From Lingula anatina (Eukaryota; Animalia; Brachiopoda), in assembly GCA_051362555.1 (NCBI GenBank), contig CM120640.1, forward strand, positions 71,340,788-71,404,787: a stretch of 64,000 bases of DNA. Reading direction: 5' to 3'. Under the pieces are notes generated by a model. The model was not told the DNA's origin. It searched no databases and worked only from the letters and a program-made list of their open reading frames with translations. A program made the position numbers and the translations under genes. Positions 62,135-64,000 of this stretch are shown piece by piece (the first letter of the stretch is position 1; each line of letters begins with the position of its first letter).

Positions 62135-64000
62135 CCCTCCCTCCTCAGTTAAAAAACTATACACTATACAATACAACTATACAATTTTAGTCGTTTTTTA
62201 CCTGGTTCTGGTATTTTAGATGCATAATTCATAGACTGTGATTTTAGTGATTGATCCAAGATTTCAATGTATCCACTGGACGCTCTTTCTACTGCTACAT
62301 TTTGGAGCTTTTGGACATTTTTTGTTGGTGGACTAAGTACACATGGTGCAGCTATAAGTTATTCAACACAAGGAAGGTCACCAGTATACTGGTCAAATAC
62401 TGCTCAGTCTTAGTTGTTGTCAGAGTTACTGACCACTCAACCACAAGTCATGGCAATTAGTAGCTTTGGGACATTGAGTAGAAGAGTGCCACCCATCACT
62501 TACTGTAGAAGACAGCTTTTTCATCTACAACCAGAGCCAACATCTGATGTATACAATCTACCTAACAATGTCAAGAAACTGCTTTGTAAGTTCAAAATTA
62601 TCAGAAACTGTAGAGGAAGTAAAGGAGGAGTTGGACGAAATAGAAGGATAAAATATGTATCAAGTAGAAGAATAACATCTAGAACCAGTAGAAATGGGAA
62701 TGATGATTATCAAAGTGGTGTAAACTTTCTGAACTTAAAGTATGTGATAACTGAAAGAACTGTACAGGTACCCACAGTCAAGTTGGCACTTATGAACTGT
62801 AGATCAGTGAGGAATAAGGGGTCTATCATACGTGACTTGGTGAAGGATGACAATATTGATTTAGTCTCCTTAGTGGAAACCTGGATAACACCCGATCTTC
62901 AACATCATATGCTTGCCGATATTACCCCAACCGGTTACCAGTGTATTCATATACCCCGCACGATTCGGAGAGGGGGTGGAGTTGCTTTTCTTTCACAGGA
63001 CAGCTTCACAGTAACCCAACAGCCAAAAAGGATTGATCCATTGTCTTTTGAGTACATTGAGGTTTTAGTTACAGCTATATCAGTGACATTGCGTATCATT
63101 ACAGTATACAGAATACCTCCATCTAAAACCAATAATTTGCGAAAAATGTTATTCCTCAGTGAGTTTTCTGATCTCCTTGAGTACCTAGCACCTCTTCGAG
63201 GGAAACTTCTTATCGTCAGCGACTTGAATATACACTGGGATGATCAACACATTTCTGAAACCAAGCAGTTTGCTTCATTTATTGATTCATTTGGACTTAC
63301 ACAGTACGTGTTAGATCCCACCCATGTTCGCGGTCATACGCTTGATATGGTATTGGCTAGGGAAAGTGATTCACTTGTAACATCATGTGAGGTAGGGCAT
63401 TTACTTTCTGACCATCATGTTATCAACACCACGCTTAGATGTGGCAGACCGCACCCCAGTAAGGAGAAAGTCTCGTTCAGAAAAATCAAGGGCATTGATG
63501 TAAATGAATTACAACGACAGATAACATCACAGCTGGGTGATTTAAGTTTTGATAATTTGAGTCCTGAGGAATGTGTGCTTCTGTATGACAGGACATTGAC
63601 AACTGCACTTGACAACCTTGCACCTGTCAAAACTAAAACGTTTGTTAAGAAAGATCTGCAACCTTGGATGAATGATCACATTCTGGAGGCAAAGAGAGAC
63701 AGAAGGAAAGCGGAGAGGAAGTGGCATGATACAAGAATGTGATGGTGATACCAAGGCTTTATTTAGAACTGTCAACACTATTCTGGGAAAAACTAATTGC
63801 TCTAAGTACCCCAAAACAGATTCAGTGAAAGATCTTGCAAATAACATGAGTGACTTTTTCGTGTCTAAAGTCAGTAATATCAACGCTGAACTTTCTGAAT
63901 TAGGAAAGACTGTGACTACACCATCGCATCCACCTTTGTCAGAACTTTTACAAGAACCACAGTCACTCATCACTATATTTGAACCAACAACTACTTGTGA
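62135..64000 (+). mobile_element. Non-LTR retrotransposon (CR1/L2 group), APE endonuclease region, runs off the window
   Basis: ORF 62414-63742 has NCRSVRNK, ETW, RRGGGVA, VYRIP, DLNIH, PTHVRGHTLDMV, SDH and PWMN...AERKW. The frame breaks at ~63740 and continues as DTKALFRTVNTILGK. 5' boundary approximate. Confidence 0.9.

Overview
AT-rich, intron-containing animal genomic DNA, probably a marine invertebrate (lophotrochozoan-like; the species cannot be determined from sequence alone). Genes reconstructed by hand-splicing, left to right: a Tctex-1 dynein light chain (+); a 3-exon, 92-aa secreted 10-Cys peptide that the ORF track misses (+); a CLN3/battenin-family gene (-); an orphan 2-TM protein (+); an orphan 2-exon gene (-); SASS6 (-) head-to-head with an aldo-keto reductase (+) that has two paralogous last exons; and a Reeler-DOMON-cytochrome b561 ferric-chelate reductase (FRRS1-like, -) with a disabled intronless TRIM-NHL gene nested antisense in one intron. 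At the right edge, a probable partial FRRS1/Reeler paralog is interrupted by LINEs. Mobile elements include pogo-like, Harbinger, Kolobok-like and mariner-like DNA elements, fold-back MITEs and a tRNA-derived SINE. The most unusual signal is at least 13 independent tandem duplications (units of 53-128 bp, 2-8 copies), each straddling a splice site, in four unrelated genes. Several keep the reading frame, so splice-site choice could change the number of transmembrane or signal segments. All exon models are manual and unconfirmed by transcripts.
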